Counted from the stretch's first letter, positions 11,114 through 20,558 are shown. The stretch is 64,000 nt of DNA from an uncultured Roseobacter sp. (GCA_913054455.1 CAJXIL010000002.1:19755-83754), one strand, 5' to 3'. Notes: generated from the letters alone by a model not told the origin. Numbers and translations are program-made.

Positions 11114-11632
11114 TTACGCCGCGCAGCCTGAAATTGGCAGAACTGCCTCTGCTCGTGCAGACATGGCTTCGATATAGTCTTGCCCCAGCATTGTGACCGT
11201 TACTTCGGCACCAAGTATTTCATTTCCCGCAATTATTGTTTCAATGCGGCCACTTGTGTCGTCGATATCGATCGTAAACTCGACGGATTGGCCTGAGGCC
11301 AGATGGTCGAGCTCCAAGGTGACTGTTGTGTCTCCGTCTGCAATTTCTGAGTAATGTTGAACGACCTGTTTTCCTGAAACAAGGTCAAAAGGTTGATACA
11401 CCTCAACACCCGCTCCGCTGTCAGTGACGTCAAATACGAGTCCAGATGCCGCCGTTGACAGATCTATCCTTACGATTGTTGAGGCCAAATCGCAGTGTCC
11501 GGAGTTCGCAATCACGAACCGGTCCTTTGGCGCGCCTTCGATAAAGGACACTTTTACGTCGGCCAGTGCTGGGGCAGACAACATCACCAATGCAGCAAAT
11601 GGGGCCAGTGCTTTCATTTTGTTTCCAATCAT
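11114..11632 (-). CDS. Secreted beta-rich protein, 'aggregation factor core (MAFp3)'-like
   Basis: Signal peptide (MKALAPFAALVMLSAPALA) then 'FIEGAPKDRF', 'GAGVEVYQPF', 'FTIDIDDT', which I recall from roseobacter proteins carrying this annotation. Confidence 0.65.
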   Translation of the reverse strand: MIGNKMKALAPFAALVMLSAPALADVKVSFIEGAPKDRFVIANSGHCDLASTIVRIDLSTAASGLVFDVTDSGAGVEVYQPFDLVSGKQVVQHYSEIADGDTTVTLELDHLASGQSVEFTIDIDDTSGRIETIIAGNEILGAEVTVTMLGQDYIEAMSARAEAVLPISGCAA

Positions 11633-11731
11633 TTAGGTTCTCATCAGTGGGGCGGGTCGGCAGGGGCTTTAATCTAGTCCATTCCTATGCGCAGCGAACC
11701 ATCCAAAGATCATCAAGATGCAGATCGTTAT

Positions 11732-11845
11732 TCAGGCAGAATTGGCAGTGTCTACACTGTCTTTTGTCTGGCTATCCGCGGATCCTGCGGATGTGTAAAA
11801 CACTGCAAACAGTGCTGCTGTAGCGAGGTGGGCTCTACGAAATCT
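11732..11845 (-). pseudogene. N-terminal remnant of a fasciclin (FAS1) domain protein
   Basis: Reads (R)FRRAHLATAALFAVFYTSAGSADSQTKDSVDTANSA*, i.e. a signal peptide plus a 'KDIVDTA'-like FAS1 start. RBS GGAG is intact but the start position reads AGA, and an early TGA follows. Confidence 0.6.
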
Positions 11846-11891
11846 GGTTTCTCCATCCGATTACTGTCCGCGTCATACGGAATAATATAGA

Positions 11892-11917
11892 TACGGTGCG
11901 TTTCGATGTTCAGATCA
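11892..11917 (-). promoter_or_regulatory. RpoE (ECF11/ChrR-type) promoter
   Basis: Minus strand TGATCT-N16-CGTA upstream of the fasciclin remnant, MAFp3-like and Stealth genes. Confidence 0.7.
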
Positions 11918-11963
11918 CCATGGACCTCATTTCTCCGGTGTGGCGGGTTCGATGCGGCATCAC

Positions 11964-12464
11964 CTAGTTGAGTAAAACGATCGCGGTATTTAGGGCAGTC
12001 GCAAACCCTACCCAAGCGACGTAGGGCATAAAAAGGACTGCTAGAATCCGGTCAGACTGCCATGCGCGCCTCACGAACAGCAAAAGTGCGCCCAATAGAA
12101 GGAGAATGATCACGAGGGCCAGCACCGGCATTTGAGCCGCAAAAAATGCGGGAGACCACAAAAAGTTCAATCCCATTTGCAGGCTCCAGAGACGTCGTAA
12201 ACCTGTCTGTTCTTGCTGCTGCCACAAACGCCAGCCGACATAAGCGATTGCCAGATATAGCAGGGTCCAAACCGGCCCAAAAATCCAGTTTGGGGGATTG
12301 AAAAAGGGCTTTTGCAACGCCGCGTACCAATCGCCTGGCGCTGTCAGGACGCCAATCGATATTCCACCGCCCATCACTCCGATCAGGAACAACAGAAAGG
12401 TAGTGACATGTCTCATTTTGATTGGACCTAGGTTGGGATTGGCGCTCAGCCAAGCCAGTTTCAT
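11964..12464 (-). CDS. tspO: TspO/MBR tryptophan-rich sensory protein
   Basis: 'WYAALQKP.FNPPNWIFGPVWTLLY', 'LNFLWSPAFF', 'PYVAWVGFATALN'. Start could instead be 12416. Confidence 0.93.
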   Translation of the reverse strand: MKLAWLSANPNLGPIKMRHVTTFLLFLIGVMGGGISIGVLTAPGDWYAALQKPFFNPPNWIFGPVWTLLYLAIAYVGWRLWQQQEQTGLRRLWSLQMGLNFLWSPAFFAAQMPVLALVIILLLLGALLLFVRRAWQSDRILAVLFMPYVAWVGFATALNTAIVLLN

Positions 12465-12865
12465 TCCCCGCGCGTGATGCGACGGTAGCCGCGCATTCCG
12501 CCAGCGATAAGGGGGCGTATCGGTAAAAACATGCGGTAGACCAGTTCCAGAGGCTTGGCTACGCTGGGCCTGTCAGCCAATTTCGAGACCCAGCGCCAGG
12601 AGGGGAGAACACGCCAGACCTCGATAAAACCTCGCGCGCCCGACACCTGCCTCCCATCTGGCAACCGAACATGAAACCTCGCCAATGCCTGTTCCCGCGA
12701 AATCCGGTCGTCGCCGGAAAAATGCTCTGAGGAAACATCCACAAGGCAAAGCGATTGGTTTTGATCTGCACGATGGTAGACATCAATTTCCGTGGCGCAC
12801 AGCGGGCAGGATCCATCATAAAACACTGTAAGCTGTTGTGGAGGGGGCAGAGAGGTGTTGGTCAT
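12461..12865 (-). CDS. DCC1-like thiol-disulfide oxidoreductase (DUF393)
   Basis: 'VFYDGSCPLC', 'RFHV...G..VSGARGF..VW'. Confidence 0.9.
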   Translation of the reverse strand: MTNTSLPPPQQLTVFYDGSCPLCATEIDVYHRADQNQSLCLVDVSSEHFSGDDRISREQALARFHVRLPDGRQVSGARGFIEVWRVLPSWRWVSKLADRPSVAKPLELVYRMFLPIRPLIAGGMRGYRRITRGE

Positions 12866-13383
12866 TGCAGAAGACCTTCGATGTCACGCCGGATTTGAGC
12901 GGATTGTGGTCTGGTGCTGGGACTGTAGGTTGCCACAAGTTCCCCCTCTGGACCTATCAGAACTTTGGTGAAGTTCCACTTTGGCTGAAACCCAGTCTCT
13001 TGCATTAGCGAGTGATAGAAGGGATGCGCCTGCGGTCCTGAGACCTGGGTGATTGCTGCCATCGGTAAATCAATCCCGAACTCTAGCTCGCAGAAATTCT
13101 TGACCTGGTCTTCGGTCGTTAGCTCTTGCCGGAAGTCGTTGGAGGGGACCGCAAAAACAATGAGCCCCGCGTCACGGTAGGTCTCATATAGGCTTTGAAG
13201 ACCGCTATATTGTTTGGTGAAGCCACACTTGGACGCCGTATTCACGATCAGTATGGGCTGGCCATGCCATGCTGACAGCGCCAGGGTCCCCCCGTCAATG
13301 GAGGCAAAAGGGGTTGTTAGATCCAAAGCTCTCACTTGATAACCGGTGAGAATGGACACCATCAATACGAATATTCTACCCAT
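12862..13383 (-). CDS. Glutathione peroxidase (probably exported)
   Basis: 'VNTASKCGFTKQY', 'PSNDFRQE', 'PKWNFTKVLI'. ATG 13383 follows AAGGAG; N-terminal signal-like peptide. Confidence 0.93.
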   Translation of the reverse strand: MGRIFVLMVSILTGYQVRALDLTTPFASIDGGTLALSAWHGQPILIVNTASKCGFTKQYSGLQSLYETYRDAGLIVFAVPSNDFRQELTTEDQVKNFCELEFGIDLPMAAITQVSGPQAHPFYHSLMQETGFQPKWNFTKVLIGPEGELVATYSPSTRPQSAQIRRDIEGLLQ

Positions 13384-13407
13384 GTCGGCTTCTCCTTGTA
13401 TAGAGTT

Positions 13408-13433
13408 TACGGAGCCGAAGCGCGTTTGGATCA
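13408..13433 (-). promoter_or_regulatory. RpoE (ECF11/ChrR-type) promoter
   Basis: Perfect TGATCC-N16-CGTA on the minus strand, 25 nt upstream of the peroxidase start. Confidence 0.8.
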
Positions 13434-13587
13434 CCTGGGCTTTGCCCCGGCCACTGCGCAGGCCGAACAAACCCTCCTCCCAAGGTTACAGCCTTGCGTT
13501 TGGGGAGGCCCTTTCGGTGGATGCCCTGCTTTTCGCCAACTCAGTGCCTACTGCTGGGCTGTGTTTGATGAGAGGCAAAACCGCGCA

Positions 13588-16083
13588 TCAGGGGGATGCA
13601 ATCAATATCCGCACCATTGCGTCCGTAAGGGGCTTGGATAGTTTCGCAGGCTGTGCGGCAGCCTCGAGCTCCTTTGGAATTCGGTATGTGGCGCGGGTCG
13701 ACATCACAGCCAGCCGACAGGTTGGAAACAGGTTGTGCCCTACTTGAAGAAGTTCCCAACCCGTAGCACCATTGTCCAGGTTCAAGTCGCTCAGTACGAG
13801 GTCCAGCCTGGGCTGGCGGTGGAGTTGGGCGCGGCCTTCGTTGAAACTTTCGGCGCGGATAACCTTATAACCCAAACGCTCCAAGGTTTCTGATGCAGAG
13901 GCTAGGTAGGCAGGGTCGTCATCAATCACCAAAGCCGTTCCTGGTGTCGGTATCTTATCGGATTGGCTGGTTTCCTTTGTCAGCGCGGGAAATTTGAGCG
14001 TCACGGTGGTGCCCCGATGCGGACCCTCTGTTTGAGAGGTGAGGGTGAGTTGGCCACCAGATTGATGCACAAAACCGTCCACCATAGACAGGCCCAGCCC
14101 GGTGCCGCTGCCATCGTTGCGATTGGAGTAAAATGGCTCCGTTGCGTGGCGCAGCACCTCAGGCGACATACCAGAGCCATCGTCGCAAATAGAGAGCTCT
14201 GCGCCGTCTTCACCTGTCACGCAAACACGGATATGCCCAGTTTCATGGATCGCCTGGCCAGCATTGACGCAGAGATTCAACACCGCGCTTTCCAACTGCC
14301 CCGGATCTACTCTGGCAAGAACAGGTTCAGACGGAATATCAAACTCCATCGTCACCGCGCTTGGCACAGCGATTTCCAACAGATCGGACATCCCCTCGAC
14401 GAGCAATCCTATGTCCGTCACCTGTGGCTCCAGGTGTTGCTTACGGGCAAAAGCCAACAGACGTTCAGTCAGCGACACGCCCAGATCCAGGGCAGATCGT
14501 AGGCGGGTATGAAGACGCTGGGATTCGTCTGGGCCTGCGGTCTCCAGAAGATGCAGGTTTCCAGAAATACTGGACAGGATATTGCCAAAATCATGGGCGA
14601 CCTCCCCGGATACTTTTCCCAGCGCTTCGACGCGGCGAATTTCTTCCAGCCGTTTCTCTACCCGTTTGCGTTCGGTGGTCTCTGACAACAGCCAGACCTC
14701 TTCACCATTGGGCAAAGGCGATCGTCGCAGTTCCAATACGTTGCCTGAGGGATCGGCATATTCTTCGAATCCGCCATGCTCACTGGCTGAGGTGCGTCGC
14801 GCGAAACGGGACTCTGCAATCAGATCTGAAACCCGTGCGCGGGTCCGGTCTTGTGCAGGGGGCAACCTTAAGAGTTGCCGCAGGTTTTCGTTTTCGGCCT
14901 CGATCCACCCCTTGGAAGAGGCAATGGCCACGCCATCCTTGATGTTGCGAAACACCCGCGAAAACAGTGCGTTCTGATGGCCGATCTGCCGGGTCCTGCG
15001 CTCCAGCTTGCGGGCGCTTTCCCGGAACACATGAAAGGCTGCATAGAGCTGGCCGATTTCATCCTCCGAATTTGGCCCCTGCGGTGGCTCTGTGCGGTGG
15101 TTTCCGGCGGCAAGTCTGCGCATGGCCTGGGCGATGCGTTGCAGATTGCGTGCGACATAGCGCGACACATAGAGCGAAGATGTGATCGCCACCAGAAGAC
15201 TCGTGGCGGTGAGGGCGAGAAACGCGTTCTTGGCAATTTTCAGGTTGGTGGAGGTCTCTGCACGGGCCTGGGACAGACGGTCCTCTGCCAGAGCTACTTT
15301 TGCTGCGGCAAAAGTGCTGACACGGCGCGCCTCTTGGCGGATGCGAAACAGCGCGTTGTCAGCATCGAGTCGTGCAGCGAGGTCGCGATGTTTTAGAACA
15401 AACAGGCTATCTCCGCGCTGGGCGGCTTGCTCAATCTCGGCCAATGTCGCCGCGTGCACGGGCCAGAGCTGTGGGGTCAAGGCTTCGCGCTGCTTTGTAT
15501 AGCGACGGCTAAATTCTCCCAGTTCGATCAGCGCATTGGCCCGCCCTGCGCCAATTGCGCTTGTCGTGAGTTGCTGCAAGCCCGACCATACCTGCCGTTC
15601 AGCCAATGGGAAGCTGGTGTCCGCAGTGAAACGTCTCACCCGCTGATTGAGCCGCACCATGTCACGGTCAATGGCATCCAACGCCGCCTGCCGTGCGGTC
15701 TGTGGTTCCAATGCTGCCGTCAGATCATCAATGGCAAATCGCAACCGCGCCACCGGCAGGTCCAGTACGGGATCATCAGCTGACAGGGCCTCGATCCGGT
15801 CCAGGTTCGCCAAAACCTTTGCCTTTTCCTGTTCCAGTTGGAACGGCGGAAATAGCGCATATAAGAACGGAGCCGAAGTTGCCAGATCGGCAGATTCGCG
15901 CGACAGATCCAGGGCTTCGGAGACTTCTGAAAGGGTTTCCTTGTGCAGCACGTTCATCCAAAGTTCGGTGCGGTTCAACACCAGAAGACCAATCATGCTG
16001 ACCAACAGGATCAGGCCAAACAAAACTGCAATCGCGGCCGAGAGGCGAAACCGCACACTCAGGTTTGACAGCAAAGCCATCAT
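13588..16083 (-). CDS. Hybrid sensor histidine kinase (TM-periplasmic helical sensor-TM-HAMP-PAS-like-HisKA-HATPase-REC)
   Basis: Two TMs around a ~250 aa helical domain, HAMP 'DEIGQL', H-box 'EVAHDFGNIL', 'LNLCVNA', 'DDGSGM', 'GTGLGL', REC 'IDDD...LSD...SKP'. Confidence 0.92.
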   Translation of the reverse strand: MMALLSNLSVRFRLSAAIAVLFGLILLVSMIGLLVLNRTELWMNVLHKETLSEVSEALDLSRESADLATSAPFLYALFPPFQLEQEKAKVLANLDRIEALSADDPVLDLPVARLRFAIDDLTAALEPQTARQAALDAIDRDMVRLNQRVRRFTADTSFPLAERQVWSGLQQLTTSAIGAGRANALIELGEFSRRYTKQREALTPQLWPVHAATLAEIEQAAQRGDSLFVLKHRDLAARLDADNALFRIRQEARRVSTFAAAKVALAEDRLSQARAETSTNLKIAKNAFLALTATSLLVAITSSLYVSRYVARNLQRIAQAMRRLAAGNHRTEPPQGPNSEDEIGQLYAAFHVFRESARKLERRTRQIGHQNALFSRVFRNIKDGVAIASSKGWIEAENENLRQLLRLPPAQDRTRARVSDLIAESRFARRTSASEHGGFEEYADPSGNVLELRRSPLPNGEEVWLLSETTERKRVEKRLEEIRRVEALGKVSGEVAHDFGNILSSISGNLHLLETAGPDESQRLHTRLRSALDLGVSLTERLLAFARKQHLEPQVTDIGLLVEGMSDLLEIAVPSAVTMEFDIPSEPVLARVDPGQLESAVLNLCVNAGQAIHETGHIRVCVTGEDGAELSICDDGSGMSPEVLRHATEPFYSNRNDGSGTGLGLSMVDGFVHQSGGQLTLTSQTEGPHRGTTVTLKFPALTKETSQSDKIPTPGTALVIDDDPAYLASASETLERLGYKVIRAESFNEGRAQLHRQPRLDLVLSDLNLDNGATGWELLQVGHNLFPTCRLAVMSTRATYRIPKELEAAAQPAKLSKPLTDAMVRILIASP

Positions 16084-16802
16084 GAACCGTCAGGCGAGAG
16101 GTGGAAAATATAGCCCTGCGCGCGGCGCGTTTGCAGATGCACGGGTTTGGAGGCGACGGGCTCAATTTTGCGGCGCAGGCGCAGGATCAGCACGTCAATG
16201 GTACGATCCACATAGCGTTGCATATCAGAGCCCAGCTCCTCCAACAGCTCGGGTCGCGGAATGACCCGATTGGGATTGCGGGCAAAATACTCCAATAGGC
16301 GATACTCCGCATTGGTTAGCGGGATCTCTTCGCCCTCGGCGTCCAGCAAGCGGCGGGTCTGGATATCGATGCGTTTGCTGCCAAAGACAATGCCTTGCCC
16401 AATGGGCGCGCCCGGTTTGGAGGTGCCATGGCCATAGCGCCGCAGAACCGCGCGGATGCGCGCAACCAGCTCACGCGGGTTGAAGGGCTTGATCAGATAG
16501 TCATCTGCACCGGTTTCCAAACCGATGATCTTGTCGATCTCGTCTCCAACGCCTGTTAGCATCACAATCGGGATCTCGTAACGCTCGCGAATGTGGATCG
16601 CCAGGGTCAGCCCAGACTCTCCGCGCAGGCGCAGATCGATCAATGCCAAATCCACTGGTGGCGGGTCGCCTAAGGCCATGAATGACGGGATGTCGGGGCA
16701 GCATACGGCTTCGAACCCGCTTTCACGCATCAAAGCGGAGAGGGTCGTGCGCACGCTGTCATCGTCGTCCACAATGGCAATGAGCGGCTCGGCTTTGCTC
16801 AT
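16080..16802 (-). CDS. OmpR/PhoB-family response regulator
   Basis: 'IVDDD', 'LIDLRL', 'GADDYLIKPF', winged helix 'DRTIDVLILRLRRKIE...LQTRR.QGY'. Start ATG 16802. Confidence 0.95.
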   Translation of the reverse strand: MSKAEPLIAIVDDDDSVRTTLSALMRESGFEAVCCPDIPSFMALGDPPPVDLALIDLRLRGESGLTLAIHIRERYEIPIVMLTGVGDEIDKIIGLETGADDYLIKPFNPRELVARIRAVLRRYGHGTSKPGAPIGQGIVFGSKRIDIQTRRLLDAEGEEIPLTNAEYRLLEYFARNPNRVIPRPELLEELGSDMQRYVDRTIDVLILRLRRKIEPVASKPVHLQTRRAQGYIFHLSPDGS

Positions 16803-17082
16803 CTGCAGGGCACCCTTTTCCTTAGTCTTCCAGCGTCCAGTGTCTTCTAGTGGCATTTGAATGCCCTAGGCGTCGAATATGCCAGTTTCACTGGCGCAGA
16901 CCATGCCAGATTTTAGGTCCGTGCAACCGGGTTTGTAATATTGTTAACACTAAACTGGCTTTTCGTCTGTTCCGTTAACAGACGCGGACTCGCTTTGGCG
17001 CGCTGCGCGCTCCTACTTTGGGCGGGTCAGCGCATTGCCTTTGGAGGAACATCAAGAGGCATGTGTGAAAAGGGAGGAAACC

Positions 17083-18063
17083 ATGACACCATTTATTACC
17101 CGAGCTGCAACAGCACTGGGCATCCTTTCGGCAAGCGCTTTTGCCGCTGCTGCCGCAGACTGCGCCGACCGTGGCGCGCTGGATGAACTCTATTGTGACG
17201 CCAATGGCGATCTAGTTGCGGATACCCCAACCGATCCGGCCGAGCTGCGCAATCCCGACACCCTCGTTTTTGCCTATACCCCGGTTGAGGATCCGGCGGT
17301 TTATGCAGATATCTGGGCGCCCTTCATTTCCCACATGGAAGAGGTCACCGGCAAGAATGTACAGTTCTTCGCGGTGCAATCGAACTCCGCCGAAGTTGAG
17401 GCAATGCGCTCTGGTCGCCTGCATGTGGCAGGCTTTTCTACTGGGCCGACACCTTTTGCGGTGAACCTCGCAGGGGCGGTGCCCTTTGCCATAATGGGCG
17501 CCGAGGATGGCCAGTTTGGCTATAAACTGCAGGTCTTCACTCAGGCAGACAGCGATATCAAGGAAGTGAAAGACTTGGCGGGGCGCCGTGTGGCACATAC
17601 CTCGCCGACCTCAAACTCCGGCAACCAGGCGCCACGTGCTCTGTTCCCAGGACTGGGTATCGAACCTGACAAAGACTACGAAGTGACCTACTCTGGCTCG
17701 CATGACCAATCCATGCTGGGCGTTGTGGCGGGTGACTATGACGCTGCACCCGTAGCCTCCGAAGTTGTTGAACGCATGGCCGAGCGCGGTCTCTATGACG
17801 CTGATGATGTGCGCATGATCTGGGAAAGTGATCCCTTCCCAACCACCTCCTTCAACCTTGCCCACAACCTCGACCCGGCGCTAGCCGATAAGATCAAAGA
17901 AGCCTTCTTTACCTTTGATTTTGCTGGCACCAAGCTGGGCGACGAATTCTCTGGCGTCAGCAAGTTTATCCCTATCACCTACCAGGATCAGTGGGCGGTT
18001 ATCCGTCAGATCCAGAAATCCAATGGTGTGGAATATACCCCACAAGGGCTCGCTGGTAAGTAA
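17083..18063 (+). CDS. phnD: Phosphate/phosphite/phosphonate ABC substrate-binding protein (PhnD family)
   Basis: Signal peptide, 'FAYTPVED', 'VEAMRSGRLHVAGFSTG', 'TSPTSNSG', 'SGSHD'. RBS GGAGG before ATG 17083. Confidence 0.85.
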   Translation: MTPFITRAATALGILSASAFAAAAADCADRGALDELYCDANGDLVADTPTDPAELRNPDTLVFAYTPVEDPAVYADIWAPFISHMEEVTGKNVQFFAVQSNSAEVEAMRSGRLHVAGFSTGPTPFAVNLAGAVPFAIMGAEDGQFGYKLQVFTQADSDIKEVKDLAGRRVAHTSPTSNSGNQAPRALFPGLGIEPDKDYEVTYSGSHDQSMLGVVAGDYDAAPVASEVVERMAERGLYDADDVRMIWESDPFPTTSFNLAHNLDPALADKIKEAFFTFDFAGTKLGDEFSGVSKFIPITYQDQWAVIRQIQKSNGVEYTPQGLAGK

Positions 18064-18081
18064 CCAGATCCCCCCAAACAC

Positions 18082-18108
18082 CCCGGACAGCGCCAGTCGT
18101 TGTCCGGG
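18082..18108 (+). terminator. Intercistronic stem-loop after the binding-protein gene
   Basis: CCCGGACAGCG-ccagt-CGTTGTCCGGG followed by ACCTTTT; may stabilise or partly terminate the transcript. Confidence 0.5.
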
Positions 18109-18184
18109 ACCTTTTACCAGTCTTGCGCGCCATGTTGTGGTGCGCAGGCCATAGGCATGGCTGCGCTTTGCCCGAGGATCCCCA

Positions 18185-18958
18185 ATGCTAAAAATCTCAA
18201 AACTGACCAAACGATACGGGTCCGGTGATCCGGTGCTCAAGGAGCTGGATCTGACCGTTGAAGGCGATCAGTTGACCTCCGTTATCGGCTCTTCCGGGGC
18301 GGGCAAGAGCACGCTGTTGCGCTGCATTAATCGGCTGGTTGAGCCGACATCCGGTTCAGTTGATCTGAACGGCACCGAGTTCACCACGCTGAACCGCCGC
18401 GAGTTGCGCACTGCCCGCCGCCGTATTGGCATGGTCTTTCAAAGCTTCAACCTGATTGACCGGCTGACGGTGATGGAAAATGTGCAGTCAGGCCGTTTGG
18501 GGTACATTTCTACCTGGGCGGCGCTGACGCGACGCTATCCACGCGATGACATCCGTCACGCCTATGAGCTGATGGAGCGTGTTGGCATCGCCCATTACGC
18601 CGACAAACGCGCAGACGAGCTGTCGGGCGGTGAACGCCAGCGGGTCGGTGTGGTGCGGGCCCTGATGCAGCGCCCCGAAATCCTACTGGCGGATGAGCCG
18701 ACGGCTTCTCTCGACCCTAAGACCTCTGAGCAGATCATGTCATTGCTGCGCGATTTGGCCTCTGAGCTGAAACTGCCGGTGATTATCAACATCCACAACG
18801 TAACTGAAGCCAAGGAATACAGCGATCGCATCGTCGGCATGCGCTACGGGCGTATCATTTTTGATGACCAGCCGGGCAAGCTGGACAAGCCGGAAATGGA
18901 TGAAATCTATGCTGGAGTTCCCGCCATGGACCGTGCCGAAGTCGGGGCCGTCGCATGA
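18185..18958 (+). CDS. phnC: PhnC-family ABC ATPase
   Basis: GSSGAGKSTLLRCINRL, LSGGERQRV, DEPTASLDP, 'NIHNV'. Confidence 0.9.
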   Translation: MLKISKLTKRYGSGDPVLKELDLTVEGDQLTSVIGSSGAGKSTLLRCINRLVEPTSGSVDLNGTEFTTLNRRELRTARRRIGMVFQSFNLIDRLTVMENVQSGRLGYISTWAALTRRYPRDDIRHAYELMERVGIAHYADKRADELSGGERQRVGVVRALMQRPEILLADEPTASLDPKTSEQIMSLLRDLASELKLPVIINIHNVTEAKEYSDRIVGMRYGRIIFDDQPGKLDKPEMDEIYAGVPAMDRAEVGAVA

Positions 18959-19749
18959 GTACGCAAAGAACCACTTGGCGCAAACCTCCCTTTATTAAAA
19001 ATCCGACCCTACGCTATGGAATCTATGCGGCCATCACGCTCTATGTTGTTATAACGCTGGCCACTTTGCCCATCGACTGGGAACGGGTCTCTGACGGGAT
19101 GCGCCGGGCGCAGCGGATTTTTAACGGGGCTTTTCCGCCAAACTTTGAACGCTCTGGTCTGTTGATCGACGGCTTTCTGGAAAGCCTGAAGATTGCCATC
19201 CTAGCAACCGTGGGTGGTATTGCCCTGTCGGTGCCTCTGGCCTTTATGGCGGCGCGCAATATCGCAATAAAGCCGATCTATTTTCTTGGGCGCGGCATCA
19301 TCATCGTGGCGCGCAGCTTTCATCCGGTGATTGTCGCCATCATCTTTGTAAAGGCGGTTGGATTTGGCCCCTTTGCTGGTGCGCTGACGCTGGTGGTGTA
19401 CTCCATTGGTTTTGTGGCAAAACTGCTGGCAGAACGGATTGAGGAGATCGACTTTGGTCAAGTTGAAGCGATGCGATCCGTGGGTGCAGGCTTTCTTTCC
19501 ACGCTGGTCTATGCGGTTGTGCCGCAAATCATGCCGCGGCTTGTGGGCCTGGGCATCTACCAGTTGGACAGCAATCTGCGGGCCTCTGCGGTGGTTGGCA
19601 TCGTTGGGGCAGGCGGCATCGGTGCCACCCTGGCCAATGCCTTTGGCCGCTACGATTATGATTTTGCCTTGGCCATCACCATGGTGATTGTCGGCGTCAT
19701 TCTGGTGTCAGAGGCGGTGAGCGGATTTATCAGAAAGCGGATCGCATGA
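18955..19749 (+). CDS. phnE: PhnE-family ABC permease
   Basis: 'VGFGPFAG', 'AKLLAERIEEID...EA', 'LDSNLRASAVVGIVGAGGIG'. Confidence 0.9.
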   Translation: MSTQRTTWRKPPFIKNPTLRYGIYAAITLYVVITLATLPIDWERVSDGMRRAQRIFNGAFPPNFERSGLLIDGFLESLKIAILATVGGIALSVPLAFMAARNIAIKPIYFLGRGIIIVARSFHPVIVAIIFVKAVGFGPFAGALTLVVYSIGFVAKLLAERIEEIDFGQVEAMRSVGAGFLSTLVYAVVPQIMPRLVGLGIYQLDSNLRASAVVGIVGAGGIGATLANAFGRYDYDFALAITMVIVGVILVSEAVSGFIRKRIA

Positions 19750-20558
19750 TGGACACTCAACCTTTGCAGCAGACACTTGACCACTGGTCCCGCTTTACCC
19801 TGCGCCAACGCCTGATGCGCTATGGCGGCCTGATGTTCACCCTGTTGATCGTGGCCTGGGCCCTCAGCAGTATTGACGTGATCTGGGAATGGGTCTGGGA
19901 CGCGCCGACGCAAATGGGCGATCTCTTTCGCCGCATGATGCCACCAGATCCTAGCAATCTGCCATCGATCCTGGAGGCGATCTGGCAGACCGTGAACATC
20001 GCCACCCTGGCCACCATGTTTGCCGTCGTGGTCTCGCTGCCGGTTGCCTATATCTCCGCGCAGAACACCACTCCCAACCGGGTGACCCTGTGGATTGGCC
20101 GCTTCATTCTGGTGTCGTCGCGTTCGGTTAACACCATCATCTGGGCGCTGCTTTTTGTGGCCATCTTTGGTCCTGGCATCGTCGCTGGTATCGTGGCCAT
20201 CATGTTTCGCTCTATCGGCTTTCTGGGCAAGCTGTTGGGGGAGGCTATCGAGGAAATTGACTACAAGCCGGTCGAGGCGCTGGAGGCCTGCGGCGCCTCA
20301 CGGTTCAAGATTGTGCTCTACGCCATCGTGCCGCAGGTGATGCCCGCCTTTTTTGCGATTGCGATCCTGCGCTGGGATATCAACCTGCGGGAATCCACCG
20401 TGCTCGGACTGGTGGGCGCGGGTGGCATCGGCATGATTCTGCAGGGTGCCATCGACACCTTCAACTGGCCGGAAGTCTCCATGGTCTTGCTCACCATTCT
20501 CGCACTTGTTGTCTTTGGTGAGGTGGTTTCCTCTTACATGCGCAAGAAAATCCTGTAA
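19746..20558 (+). CDS. phnE: PhnE-family ABC permease (second copy)
   Basis: 'GKLLGEAIEEID..PVEALEACGA', 'RWDINLRESTVLGLVGAGGIG'. Confidence 0.9.
   Translation: MMDTQPLQQTLDHWSRFTLRQRLMRYGGLMFTLLIVAWALSSIDVIWEWVWDAPTQMGDLFRRMMPPDPSNLPSILEAIWQTVNIATLATMFAVVVSLPVAYISAQNTTPNRVTLWIGRFILVSSRSVNTIIWALLFVAIFGPGIVAGIVAIMFRSIGFLGKLLGEAIEEIDYKPVEALEACGASRFKIVLYAIVPQVMPAFFAIAILRWDINLRESTVLGLVGAGGIGMILQGAIDTFNWPEVSMVLLTILALVVFGEVVSSYMRKKIL

Noticed and set aside
16930-16955. Pho box upstream of phnD
   Set aside because: Poor match to tandem CTGTCAT repeats at 11-bp spacing
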